Below, in pieces: positions 17,980-27,323 of a stretch of 40,985 nucleotides of DNA (the first letter of the stretch is position 1; every line of letters begins with the position of its first letter). The stretch comes from a virus (Duplodnaviria; Heunggongvirae; Uroviricota; Caudoviricetes). Location: positions 1-40,985 of IMG/VR virus record IMGVR_UViG_2563366942_000017; one strand, written 5' to 3'. Position numbers and translations under genes: made by a program. The notes under the pieces were generated by a model. That model worked only from the letters and a program-made list of their open reading frames with translations. It searched no databases and was not told the DNA's origin.

Positions 17980-20450
17980 CAGAATCCCCCAACAGTAAGG
18001 CGAGGAATAACGGCAAGAACAGACAGCGGCAACGGGTCAAGCTGACGGATTTTTACACGTCCGTTTTTGCCCCAGTTACTGTCCAGTTTCACTTCTACTT
18101 TTCCGGTAGCGTCATCAACAGGATCATCGTAGAACTCGAATTCACGCTGTGGATATTCGTACCATTTACCGCCGGGCGTAGTCGCCCAGATGCCGCGACT
18201 GGCATTCACAACCAGAGTAACGGACGGGATCACCTGTTTTTTGTCCAGCAGCGTTTCCTGTCCGTTAATGTTGATATCCAGTGTTTCGAATTCAGCAGTT
18301 ATTGGCAGGCCGATGTGCACTACAGCCCCCGGAGATTCCAGCGTGACGGCACCTCCGGAAACCACTTTCTGTGGTTCCACGTTCGCATCAGAGAGAATGT
18401 TTACGGTCTGGCCTTCAAGATGAGACAGGCCTCCAAATGTCCGGCGCGCCATCTGCCAGTTCGTGGTGGCCACATTCCTGAGGGATGGCGGGACGTTCCT
18501 GTTAGCACGAACCACTACAGCGGTATTGCTGGTTACAGAAATAATGTCGCAACGTAATTCTTTTGACACTTCATCGCCAGTATCAGGAACAGTTCCGGTA
18601 TAAGGGAACTGTAGTTGCGCACCGACATCACTACTGGTGAAGTACGCACCACCAGAAACACTGATTGTATATTCCGCGCGGTAATCCCATTCGCCAGAAC
18701 CACCAGTGATTGTCATCGTTCTGTCAGACGTATTTCTTCCATCATAGCTAAGGCCAGAATCAACAAAGAAAGCGTCTTCATCGCTGGTAAATAAACGGCT
18801 GGACAGCCGTTCGATGTATCTCACTGTTTGCCCGTTAACGGTTCGGTTAACGACGAAATACACCGCATCTTCATTGCCTTCGCTGATACTGCATGTGCTT
18901 TCATATTTTCCGGTACTGGATTGTGGTGCCCATGCAAAAACCTGCTGATCACGCAAATAGGTCATCACCAGTAATTTACCGTCATCACGAATGCAGAAGG
19001 CACTGGAGTAAGGGACAATCGAGAAGCACCAGTCAACAATGCTGTGCTTCTGAAAAAGATGATTGGCAAGGATGGTCAGGTCGTTCCCCTGATAGCCGTC
19101 AACATCGAATGAGTAGGCCAGATCACGGACAACGCTGCCTTTCTCCTGGACGAACAGAGCAATATTCGCCACAGCAATTGGTGGGACGTTGCTTGAGCCA
19201 TTTGATCCCTGAGAGCTGAATGCAAATGATGATGGGGTTAACACTTTGTTCTGGTCGCCGGTGATGACGTACTCACCTCCGGAAGTCAGCGCCACCAGAG
19301 AACCAACATCAATCAGGTGACGGATCTCATTAACCTGACGCCCGGCATAGGTGTAGATAATTCTGTCGTCATCCTGCGTAGGATTGCTTTTGCCAAAATC
19401 CTTATAATCCCCGGTACGGCTGGCCCAGATAGTCTGAGGGAACGCAGTCGATGCGGCGAAGTAAAGACGTTGTTGATAATAAACAACAGTGCCAGGATAA
19501 CCATTAACACTGTTCCAGGCATATTTAGCCCATTTATAGCTGGCATTATCCTCGCCAACAACCTGCGAAGGGATATAGGAAATCACCTCGGCAGTTGCAG
19601 TAGTTCCATTTGCAGCAGAGATACGGGCAATGCCAAAACCACTGTGCAGATACTCCCACTCAATGCCGGTATCATCATCACCGGATCCGCCCCAGCCATC
19701 CCATGATGTGCCTTCTGTATGCGAAGGGCGCAAAGTGCCTGTTTTTCCTGCTGTAACGGCGCGATAGTAGTTACTGTCTGCACGGCGAATATCGCCAATC
19801 GACGTACTCTTACTGGTTTCCCATACCGGCACAGAATCCACTGCAGGCTGTTCCAGATAGAACAATTTGCCTGCCTGCTCCGCGCCAAAAATAGAGGCGC
19901 TTGCCGTTAACGTAATTGTCCCGGTGCTGGCGCTGGCATAAACCGTCACTGACTCATCAATATTGATATCTTCAAATGGCCCGTTCTTCGTTACCACATC
20001 AACCAGTTGCCAGTTGTCATGCGCATAGCGGCGCAGCTCTTTCGGCGGGTATGCCGGGTGAACCAGCGTAAGCACGTCGGCGCTTTGCGTGAATTTAATT
20101 CGGAACAGATCGGCTTCAGTATATGGCGTGGCAATTTCATAAATAACATTGCTGCTGTTCAGCACCAACGCACCATCTTTGATAACGCGCATGTACTGGT
20201 GTCCGAACTCCAGAGCATAGGTCTGAACCGTCGAGAACTGGAACGGGATCAGGCGGCATTTCCGATTTGGGTATTTGGCGGCACCGACAAAACGCGTACC
20301 AGGTCGATTCTCAACGCCGCCATACTGCCGCACGATAAAGTTATCGCACTTGCGCAATGCCACCTGGTACTTCGCCATGTCGATACGACCGTACAACGAC
20401 GGTCCAATCTCACCACCGGCAAAGCTGGGCTGGATCCAACTGATAGCCAT
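17979..20450 (-). CDS. Tail tubular protein B / nozzle (T7 gp12-like)
   Basis: 823 aa; N-terminal pattern PSFAGGEIGPSLYGR...ENRPGTRFV parallels T7 gp12 N-terminus (recalled); follows a ~200-aa gp11-like gene. Confidence 0.55.
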   Translation of the reverse strand: MAISWIQPSFAGGEIGPSLYGRIDMAKYQVALRKCDNFIVRQYGGVENRPGTRFVGAAKYPNRKCRLIPFQFSTVQTYALEFGHQYMRVIKDGALVLNSSNVIYEIATPYTEADLFRIKFTQSADVLTLVHPAYPPKELRRYAHDNWQLVDVVTKNGPFEDINIDESVTVYASASTGTITLTASASIFGAEQAGKLFYLEQPAVDSVPVWETSKSTSIGDIRRADSNYYRAVTAGKTGTLRPSHTEGTSWDGWGGSGDDDTGIEWEYLHSGFGIARISAANGTTATAEVISYIPSQVVGEDNASYKWAKYAWNSVNGYPGTVVYYQQRLYFAASTAFPQTIWASRTGDYKDFGKSNPTQDDDRIIYTYAGRQVNEIRHLIDVGSLVALTSGGEYVITGDQNKVLTPSSFAFSSQGSNGSSNVPPIAVANIALFVQEKGSVVRDLAYSFDVDGYQGNDLTILANHLFQKHSIVDWCFSIVPYSSAFCIRDDGKLLVMTYLRDQQVFAWAPQSSTGKYESTCSISEGNEDAVYFVVNRTVNGQTVRYIERLSSRLFTSDEDAFFVDSGLSYDGRNTSDRTMTITGGSGEWDYRAEYTISVSGGAYFTSSDVGAQLQFPYTGTVPDTGDEVSKELRCDIISVTSNTAVVVRANRNVPPSLRNVATTNWQMARRTFGGLSHLEGQTVNILSDANVEPQKVVSGGAVTLESPGAVVHIGLPITAEFETLDININGQETLLDKKQVIPSVTLVVNASRGIWATTPGGKWYEYPQREFEFYDDPVDDATGKVEVKLDSNWGKNGRVKIRQLDPLPLSVLAVIPRLTVGGF

Positions 20451-21058
20451 CAGGACAACCTCGCAATGGTAAACTCGTCAACCGGTGGCTGTGGTTCCTG
20501 TGATTCATTCTGGCTATGCGAGCCAGCACTAAGAATCACGCGATTGTACATATTGAGGGCAAACGTACCGAGGTCTGCATTCCCAGTCAGCGCCATGTTA
20601 ATAGCTGCCGCAAGACGCCAGGCCAACGCCTCCATAAAAATGGCATCAAACATGTTCACATCTGAAACGCGAGAGACATACTTGAGCCATGCCTGAGGCT
20701 GGTCTGTGTAGATCAACTTTCCTGTTCCGTTGGTGTCTGCACCAACTTCGTACTGAACGCGCATTGATGCTGTTGGATTGCGTACACCAGGAAGCATAAT
20801 TTCAGTAATGCGCAGACAATCTGACGGGTACTGGTACGCATATTCCCAGTCAGGCGGTGGATTGCTCGTATCTGCAAGCGCCACGCGTTTGGTAGCAAAG
20901 TTCCAGTCAAAATCAGAAAGCACAGCATCACGGCAGGCCTCAAAGTGCAGCGAACATTCCCCCGCTTCCTTGCTGGCTTCCGTCAGGCTGTTAATGCTGC
21001 GGCTGTTGCCAATATTGGACAGCGCACGATTACAGATCTCTACTACAGAGGCCATCAC
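20450..21058 (-). CDS. Tail tubular protein A / adaptor (T7 gp11-like)
   Basis: 202 aa immediately upstream of nozzle gene, size and position as T7 gp11. Confidence 0.45.
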   Translation of the reverse strand: MMASVVEICNRALSNIGNSRSINSLTEASKEAGECSLHFEACRDAVLSDFDWNFATKRVALADTSNPPPDWEYAYQYPSDCLRITEIMLPGVRNPTASMRVQYEVGADTNGTGKLIYTDQPQAWLKYVSRVSDVNMFDAIFMEALAWRLAAAINMALTGNADLGTFALNMYNRVILSAGSHSQNESQEPQPPVDEFTIARLS

Positions 21059-21384
21059 TCACCTCCGTTACCGTACAGAGTTTCAGCCGCTGATTTTTCT
21101 ACATCCCCGGAAACAGGAGCGATCGCCATATCAGTGATCTGCAGATCGGCGCTGCGATTAACACCATCGTCAGTTTCTCTGGCAGACAGGCCTCGAATAA
21201 CAGCCTTTGCAGTTATCATCACTTCTGTTCCGACGCCCTGAGGTTGCGCCTTCAGCTTATTCAATGTGTCGTTATTCAGCGTGATGCACAGCCCCCACGG
21301 GTATTCATCGCGAGTTCTGGTTTCTCCGCTCTCATCCTGGTAGCTGTCAGTGCCGGTTTTGAGGTTTACGAGTTCCATATACAC
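21055..21384 (-). CDS. Hypothetical structural protein
   Basis: 109-aa ORF coupled to downstream tail gene. Confidence 0.4.
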   Translation of the reverse strand: MYMELVNLKTGTDSYQDESGETRTRDEYPWGLCITLNNDTLNKLKAQPQGVGTEVMITAKAVIRGLSARETDDGVNRSADLQITDMAIAPVSGDVEKSAAETLYGNGGE

Positions 21385-21390
21385 TCCTGC

Positions 21391-21410
21391 AATAAAGGGG
21401 CCGAAGCCCC
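21391..21410 (-). terminator. Intra-operon rho-independent terminator after head genes
   Basis: On minus strand GGGGC-ttcg-GCCCC hairpin followed by TTTATT. Confidence 0.5.
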
Positions 21411-21428
21411 TTGTCTGATTCGCGAGGC

Positions 21429-21773
21429 TTACACGCCCAGTTCTTTACGCTTATCTGCGATCTTCTCGCGGAGCGTTTCGGCTTTGGCGTTATGGTGTGG
21501 CTTCTCGTTAAAGAGCAATTCGTACTCTTCACGGAGCTTATCCAGTTCACCATCATCTGACACATCGTTGATGATTTTGGTGCTGGTTGCTGCCATTGAC
21601 ACATTTCCTGCAACTTTTGCTTTTGCCTGTCTGGCTGCATCGTTAACAGGTTCCAGTGCGCTACCAGGCTCACCTTCGTATTCGATTTCTGCCCCCTCCG
21701 GCCACAGTGTGTTATGGATATGAGAGAGGCGCAGAACGCGGTATCTTGGTTTCTCACCTGACATCGATATCAC
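21429..21773 (-). CDS. Hypothetical head-associated protein
   Basis: 114-aa ORF in capsid gene block. Confidence 0.4.
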   Translation of the reverse strand: MISMSGEKPRYRVLRLSHIHNTLWPEGAEIEYEGEPGSALEPVNDAARQAKAKVAGNVSMAATSTKIINDVSDDGELDKLREEYELLFNEKPHHNAKAETLREKIADKRKELGV

Positions 21774-21774
21774 C

Positions 21775-22212
21775 TTAACCAGTTACTTTTGAGCGGATCG
21801 GGTACGGCGTATTGGCATCAACATCCAGACTGATACCCGCAGTGAATTTGCCAGCCGTTAGTGGGCCAGTTGCGACGGAGTAGTTAACACGCAGATATCG
21901 CTGAACACCGGCTGGCACCTTTGCAGAAACAACTCGCTTACCTGCTGTCAGGGTGGCCTTTGCCAACGCACCACTATCATAAATAGTGGTCCAAGAGCTG
22001 TTATTCTCACTCGTTTGCAACTGGATGTTTACAGTTGCATCACCGCTTGCCGCGGCGGCTGTGTTAACCAGCGCCCAAAATTCAAGCGGGTAACCCACGC
22101 CGATATCACGACGTTTTCCGTCAATTGGACCGAGATCGATTACGTCAGTAGAAGCCGCGGTATCAGTTACCGCCTGTGCTTCGGAGAACATCAACAGTTT
22201 GTCGGTGATCAT
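21775..22212 (-). CDS. Capsid decoration/accessory protein candidate
   Basis: 145-aa Thr/Ala/Ser-rich ORF directly downstream of major capsid gene. Confidence 0.4.
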   Translation of the reverse strand: MITDKLLMFSEAQAVTDTAASTDVIDLGPIDGKRRDIGVGYPLEFWALVNTAAAASGDATVNIQLQTSENNSSWTTIYDSGALAKATLTAGKRVVSAKVPAGVQRYLRVNYSVATGPLTAGKFTAGISLDVDANTPYPIRSKVTG

Positions 22213-22263
22213 CTTCTTTCTCCATTAGTGGGTCTGTTACGACCCACAGGTTAATAACAGGCG

Positions 22264-23256
22264 TTACACCACGCGGGCTTCTGTTTCCAGAAGCGCATCA
22301 GTTTCACGGATTGGTACACCACGGAATGAAGTCCACCACTCGCCTTCAGTCTCTTTTACGCTGATAGCCAGAGATGTTTTCTCCAGAGACTGCAGATCAA
22401 GAGCCTGGCCTACAGTGCGGTTCATGTAGAACACCGGGCGGCCCATGCCACGGTTTGGAATGCGATGCAGTGCTTTAACCATCAACTTCGCAATATTTGC
22501 GGCAGAGGAAGGTTCTGAAAGATTGCTGACATCGATGTTTGCAATGCGAACAACATAACGCCAGTCACGCAGAGCAAGTCCGTTGTCCCATTTGTAATGG
22601 GTACGGTAGCCTTCGTACTTGCCGCCATTAGCATCTTCCAGTGTCACCTGGCCTTTATCTTCCATCTGGATGCCAGCCTTCTGCCCTTTCGGGAAGATGC
22701 CATGCACGGTGTTTTCGCCCCACACCACTAACCAGATTGAGGTGTTATCTGTACCCGTGCCACCAGCATCAATGATGTTCTGAGCATTACCCGCAGACAG
22801 GCTGGAATAGCGGGAGGACAGTCCCATAAACTGCTGAGGGTTAACGCTGGAATCACCATAAAACAACGTCTGCGCCATCTGCTGATTCATCGCTTCAATA
22901 AATGCACGGTCTTCAGACAGGCGGAATTCGGCGGTATTACCGTTCAGATCAGCCAGTGACTTATCGACTTCAGCATAGGTTTCCAGCATTCCAACGGAAT
23001 CGGTGACCTGCACTGTGGTTGATTTGCTTGGCTGTACGCCATAGTTCAGCAAACGCCAAGTGGCTGAAGGTAAACCAGAACGAATGGTGGTTCGGTGTCC
23101 GGTAGGAAGGTTCCCTTCGACAAAAGGCATATCCTGAAGGATCGGGTTAGTTTGACCGAGAAGCTCGATAATCTTATCGACTTTCCCGTTTGGATCGACG
23201 CGCTTACCCCAGTCAGCCAGCGTTAGCGCAGTTAAGCCTTTAACAGCCATTGTCAT
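22264..23256 (-). CDS. Major capsid protein
   Basis: 330 aa directly after scaffold gene and before small head genes; position and size as in epsilon15/T7-like head modules. Confidence 0.7.
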   Translation of the reverse strand: MTMAVKGLTALTLADWGKRVDPNGKVDKIIELLGQTNPILQDMPFVEGNLPTGHRTTIRSGLPSATWRLLNYGVQPSKSTTVQVTDSVGMLETYAEVDKSLADLNGNTAEFRLSEDRAFIEAMNQQMAQTLFYGDSSVNPQQFMGLSSRYSSLSAGNAQNIIDAGGTGTDNTSIWLVVWGENTVHGIFPKGQKAGIQMEDKGQVTLEDANGGKYEGYRTHYKWDNGLALRDWRYVVRIANIDVSNLSEPSSAANIAKLMVKALHRIPNRGMGRPVFYMNRTVGQALDLQSLEKTSLAISVKETEGEWWTSFRGVPIRETDALLETEARVV

Positions 23257-23264
23257 TTCCTCTC

Positions 23265-23966
23265 TTATTTGCCATAGAGCACTTCGGCCGCACTACGCTG
23301 GCCTTCATTACCACCGGTGACCATGCCATCTTCAGACATCGCCTTTCCGATTTTCACGAACGTTTTGACCAGATCAGGGTGATTACCCAGCCCGGTGGTG
23401 TTCAGATATTCTTTGAGTTCAGGTGTCCCGAACTGGTCAAGCGCACGCTGTGCGGCGCTAAGGTTAGAAATCAACTTGTCGCCACCGATTTCTTTGTCAG
23501 CTTTTACATCCGCAGCCCACTGCTCGGTTGTTTTCTGCCAGGCTTCTGCCTGGCGCTGCTGAACACCTGCCAGAATCTTCGGATAAGCATCAACCAGCTT
23601 TTGCGCTTGCTCGTTGGTCAGGTTAAGTTCTCGCGCCACCGGCTCGAATTCCGTCAACGCTTCTGTATCCAGCTCTACGCCTTCGGCAGCCTGAAACTCG
23701 TACTTCTCAGGCGCACCCTCTGGTTTATCGCCACCCTTTTTTTCATCCTGCTTATCGTTTTCAGGCTTTTTGTCATCAGCAGGTTTATCGCCATCAGCAA
23801 CAGGTTGTGGCTTATCACCTTCCTGTTGTGATGGATCACCAACTGGAGCAGGGGTATCACCTGCAGGCGCTGACGGTTCTGACGCAGCCGGAGCTGCTCC
23901 ACCATCGACTGGCTGCTCATTGCAAAGACGGCGATACAGCAAACGCTCAAATAAATTCATGATCAC
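23265..23966 (-). CDS. Scaffolding protein
   Basis: Acidic, Pro/Ala/Asp/Lys-rich low-complexity N-half with helical C-half; between portal and capsid genes. Confidence 0.55.
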   Translation of the reverse strand: MIMNLFERLLYRRLCNEQPVDGGAAPAASEPSAPAGDTPAPVGDPSQQEGDKPQPVADGDKPADDKKPENDKQDEKKGGDKPEGAPEKYEFQAAEGVELDTEALTEFEPVARELNLTNEQAQKLVDAYPKILAGVQQRQAEAWQKTTEQWAADVKADKEIGGDKLISNLSAAQRALDQFGTPELKEYLNTTGLGNHPDLVKTFVKIGKAMSEDGMVTGGNEGQRSAAEVLYGK

Positions 23967-24259
23967 TCCTGTTCACTGGCCTCTTTGGCCATCTTCAAAT
24001 ACTGTTCAGGGCAATGCGCCATAACGCGCTGAAACAGTTCCAGCGCCAGATTGCGTTGCCCCTCATTAAATGCCATTGCCATAGCATCCATCGGAGAGAT
24101 AGCGGAAAACACACGGCCTTTCTCCAGCACCGACCAGACAACGCGACGCCCCTGTTCACTGCTCATGACAAAGCGAATGTCATCAATTTCACGCTGTGCC
24201 ATGTCACGTTGCTTACGGGCGTTTTCTTCTTTCAGTTGATCGTCTTCGTAATCTGTCAT
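23963..24259 (-). CDS. Hypothetical protein between portal and scaffold
   Basis: 98-aa ORF, start overlaps portal stop (ATGA). Confidence 0.4.
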   Translation of the reverse strand: MTDYEDDQLKEENARKQRDMAQREIDDIRFVMSSEQGRRVVWSVLEKGRVFSAISPMDAMAMAFNEGQRNLALELFQRVMAHCPEQYLKMAKEASEQE

Positions 24260-25935
24260 TGTGATTGCCCACCCTGACCACTAACTGCATTCGCCATAGC
24301 TGACAAAACACTCGGATCCGAAGTTTTAGCTTCGCTTAGCGTCTTGGCGCCCTGTGCCGCCGCCATTCCCATCGCCATCATTTGTTGCTGCTGTTGCTGC
24401 TGTGCCCGTTGCTGGCGAGCCTGCTCAACCTGTTCCTGCGGAACAATGACGGTTGGAGACACTCCGGACATATCAGCGAATGCATCGATCGCCTGATCAA
24501 CGTTGAGTTTGTCGAGAGCTTCTGGTTTCGCTTGCGCAAGTTGACCAATGAAGTTAACCGTGGACGCCAGACTGGACAGGCCGATAGACTTCTGCGCCTG
24601 AGCCATGACGGAAATGTATTCGACCTTCAGGGGCATACCTTCCATCGCGTCAGGCGGTGGCGGCAGCATGTTTTTACGCACCATCATCGAGAAAGCGCGG
24701 TCAATGAGAGGATTAAGACATTCGTCGTTCAGGCGCTCCAGAACCGGCCCCAACATCAGAAGTTTTTCTTCTTTCATTTCGATCACCGCTTCCACAGGCA
24801 TCGAGCGGGTATTGATGTTCTGCAACATCATGAACAGATCGACAAAGTAGGCGCTGTTAATGATTTGACGAGTGTCCTGAATGTCTGCCACCAAATCTGC
24901 TGTACTGGGGTTAACCAGATAAGCAGGCCTGAAACCATCCTGACCAGTAATCTGATCGATATACGTGATGTCGCCAGGAAGAAGGGAGGCACGCTGATTC
25001 TTGAGGGAAGTCGGAGCAACCATCGGCGGATTGGTGGCTTTATCAATCAACTGCGACTTGCGCTTCTGGAGAAGCTGCAATGCCTTAACAGGTCCAAGCG
25101 CCAGCATACCAGGGCATGATGATCCATAAACATCTTCGCCATTAACTTCCCAGCGCGGAGCCATAATTGGAAACTCATCGAATCCGGACTCACGCAACAA
25201 CTTGTCGTTATCGCCACCAACCTCGTAATAAACCGATTTGAATGGCTTGTTCTTGCTATCCAGCTTCGATGTATCGCGGTCAATGTTCGGGTAAACCGAA
25301 TGCATCACTTCAATCCACTTCTCGTAGGTGCCGCTTTCCCACATGCTTTTTACGGATTCGCTGACGTTATTTAGCCCGAACTCCTGAACAAGCTGACGAA
25401 CAGTCATAGAGAACTTGCGAAAACAGGTGTCCACACTGCCACGAGGTGAGTTAGCCAGGTAGTAACTGCCTATCGGGAATGGCATTGTGCGAATGATGTC
25501 CTCATCATCCTCCAGCACTGCCATTGCACCAGTGCTGTATGTGCCTAGGCTTCCGTATAACTGCGGCAGTGACTGATAGAGATTCGACTTATTGAACATA
25601 TCGTTCATGCGGTTCTGCACCGCCTCAAGCCACAACTTAACAGGGCCATAATCCATCATTTCAGGATCTGGCGTAGCCAGGCGAAACCACGGACGCGCGG
25701 GGCTTGTGATGCCTGACATCATGCCGCTGGCGAGAGTGCGCGCCGCCATAGTCCCGGTAGAATCAATAATGCGTGTATTGCGTCGATCGTTACGGTTGAC
25801 CTCAGAAGTCAGAAAGCGGGAACCACGCGGGTTGATGTAATCACTCAACTCGCGCCAGTGCGGCTCGAACGATTGACGCTCGCTTTCAAGTTGTGCGAAC
25901 TGTTTGTTCAATCGCTCTTTAGTTGTTTCCGCCAT
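24256..25935 (-). CDS. Portal protein (T7 gp8 / head-to-tail connector type)
   Basis: 559 aa, poly-Gln acidic C-terminal tail, size and position typical of podovirus portal; follows terminase large subunit apart from the tRNA moron. Confidence 0.75.
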   Translation of the reverse strand: MAETTKERLNKQFAQLESERQSFEPHWRELSDYINPRGSRFLTSEVNRNDRRNTRIIDSTGTMAARTLASGMMSGITSPARPWFRLATPDPEMMDYGPVKLWLEAVQNRMNDMFNKSNLYQSLPQLYGSLGTYSTGAMAVLEDDEDIIRTMPFPIGSYYLANSPRGSVDTCFRKFSMTVRQLVQEFGLNNVSESVKSMWESGTYEKWIEVMHSVYPNIDRDTSKLDSKNKPFKSVYYEVGGDNDKLLRESGFDEFPIMAPRWEVNGEDVYGSSCPGMLALGPVKALQLLQKRKSQLIDKATNPPMVAPTSLKNQRASLLPGDITYIDQITGQDGFRPAYLVNPSTADLVADIQDTRQIINSAYFVDLFMMLQNINTRSMPVEAVIEMKEEKLLMLGPVLERLNDECLNPLIDRAFSMMVRKNMLPPPPDAMEGMPLKVEYISVMAQAQKSIGLSSLASTVNFIGQLAQAKPEALDKLNVDQAIDAFADMSGVSPTVIVPQEQVEQARQQRAQQQQQQQMMAMGMAAAQGAKTLSEAKTSDPSVLSAMANAVSGQGGQSQ

Positions 25936-25949
25936 TTCAATGACTCCGG

Positions 25950-26156
25950 TTACTGACCAAGCAGCGTTTTACCGCTGGTATTAGCGGTTGATGTGTCGCC
26001 CTGAGAACCGGTAAGCAGCGTAGAACTACGACCAGCAGCAGCGCGACGGCGACGTGTTTCTTCGTCGCGGGCATCAACAACGGCGGCATCCTGCTCCTGT
26101 GGTGCTGCCTGAACTTCTGGTGTTGCAGGCACTGATGGTGAGCTACCCATGCACAT
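25950..26156 (-). CDS. Small hypothetical protein upstream of portal
   Basis: 68-aa ORF with GGAG SD; low complexity; weak. Confidence 0.25.
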   Translation of the reverse strand: MCMGSSPSVPATPEVQAAPQEQDAAVVDARDEETRRRRAAAGRSSTLLTGSQGDTSTANTSGKTLLGQ

Positions 26157-26245
26157 ATCAATGACTCCGTACGCAATTAAATTATTACCAATTTAACCAC
26201 ATATGATTTATTTATCGTAGATAGTTGACATTTAACGCACGAATT

Positions 26246-26260
26246 ATTACCTTTCAGGTA
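26246..26260. promoter_or_regulatory. Operator palindrome TTACC-N5-GGTAA (site C)
   Basis: ATTACCtttcaGGTAAG; a TTGACA hexamer lies 17 nt upstream on plus strand. Confidence 0.5.
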
Positions 26261-26582
26261 AGTAAAGGGTTCATTCCGGTTACTAACCTGACTGGCTTGT
26301 CGTTAAATTGAACAGGTGGAGTGAGCTTTTATTTTGAGCAGTACGGCGTATGGCACATGCGCCGATAGCGGTCTGGATACGTTTAAGGGGCACCCTCCCT
26401 TGCTCGGGCAAACGAACCAGGTAGCCGGAATGTGCAAGTCGAGCGGTTTTATTCCGCGCACGGGGATTCACCATCCCGGCGATTCGGTGTGACGCCTCGG
26501 AAGAGACGAGGGTACAACGATGAGAGCATTTATGGAGCCGCGACAAAGTGTGGCGCCTTAACAGGCTAAGTGCTCTCAGCGT

Positions 26583-26659
26583 TGTGGCATTAGCTCAGTT
26601 GGACAGAGCAACCGCCTTCTAAGCGGTTGGTCGCAGGTTCGAATCCTGCATGCCACGCC
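26583..26659 (+). tRNA. tRNA-Arg (anticodon UCU), phage-encoded
   Basis: 77 nt; acceptor stem GTGGCAT/ATGCCAC, D-arm AGCTCAGTTGGACAGAGC, anticodon loop CTTCTAA (UCU), T-arm GCAGGTTCGAATCCTGC, discriminator G, encoded CCA. Confidence 0.85.
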
Positions 26660-26858
26660 AGAATCACGCCTAAGGACCGTGATGCCAGAAGTTCCAGGGG
26701 CTTGGCGGTGATGGTTTCCCTTGAAGGGCTATCACCGCCCTTTTTACAGCAGGACGCCATTGCGATGACTTCATGCTGTAAACCAGTACAGCCACGGAAG
26801 GCATAACTCATTGCTTCCAGTTCGACCGGTTCGCCGGGCATTTTTTTAAGGTGAGATC

Positions 26859-27233
26859 ATGAACGACCAGCAAATCGAAAAAGAAATCGTTGAGAAAGGC
26901 AAAACGGCACCGCGTGTAACACCCGAGAAAATTGAAGGCCTCATTTGCAGTGAGCATTTTTTCACTGCTGCGCAGGGTGACCACCAGGCTAAAGAAGATG
27001 ACCTTATTTATAATCCGGAGCCTTATGTCGAAGCCACCCCTGATGCTCTGCACCTTCTCACTTTCTGCGTACTGGTGCTGAAGAATGGCTTCACCGTCAC
27101 CGGAGAGAGCGCCTGTGCAAGCCCGGAAAACTTTGATGCAGAAATTGGTCGGAAGATTGCCCGGCAGAATGCTGTAAACAAAATCTGGATGCTCGAAGGT
27201 TACTTGCTGAAGCAGAAGCTAAGCGAGCAATAA
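26859..27233 (+). CDS. Phage moron protein, possibly N4 gp49 / Sf6 gp66 family
   Basis: SD GGTGAGA; 124 aa; motif FTVTGESACASPENFDAEIGRKIA recalled as characteristic of that family (unverified); followed by terminator. Confidence 0.4.
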   Translation: MNDQQIEKEIVEKGKTAPRVTPEKIEGLICSEHFFTAAQGDHQAKEDDLIYNPEPYVEATPDALHLLTFCVLVLKNGFTVTGESACASPENFDAEIGRKIARQNAVNKIWMLEGYLLKQKLSEQ

Positions 27234-27252
27234 CACCGTGACATGTCACAAA

Positions 27253-27280
27253 CAGCCAGCCGATGAGCTGGCTTTGTTTT
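27253..27280 (+). terminator. Rho-independent terminator
   Basis: CCAGC-cgatgag-GCTGG hairpin followed by CTTTGTTTT. Confidence 0.5.
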
Positions 27281-27323
27281 ATCCTCATCAGAGGATATCA
27301 ACGACATTATCCCAACCAGCGGA

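Noticed and set aside
20007-20696. ORF 20007..20696 (229 aa, plus) and other long antisense ORFs (e.g. 24382..25119, 27897..28292, 11852..12214, 18893..19219)
   Set aside because: They lie antisense to, or in alternate frames of, well-supported structural genes, lack RBS and have biased composition typical of shadow ORFs
26283-26546. ORF 26283..26546 (87 aa, minus) and a possible second tRNA in the GC-rich region
   Set aside because: No SD, odd composition; no segment folds into a canonical cloverleaf with proper anticodon loop; left as unexplained non-coding structure
26583-26659. tRNA-Arg as host argU integration site
   Set aside because: It lies internal to the prophage between terminase and portal, on the opposite strand, and its acceptor stem differs from host argU as I recall it; treated as phage cargo
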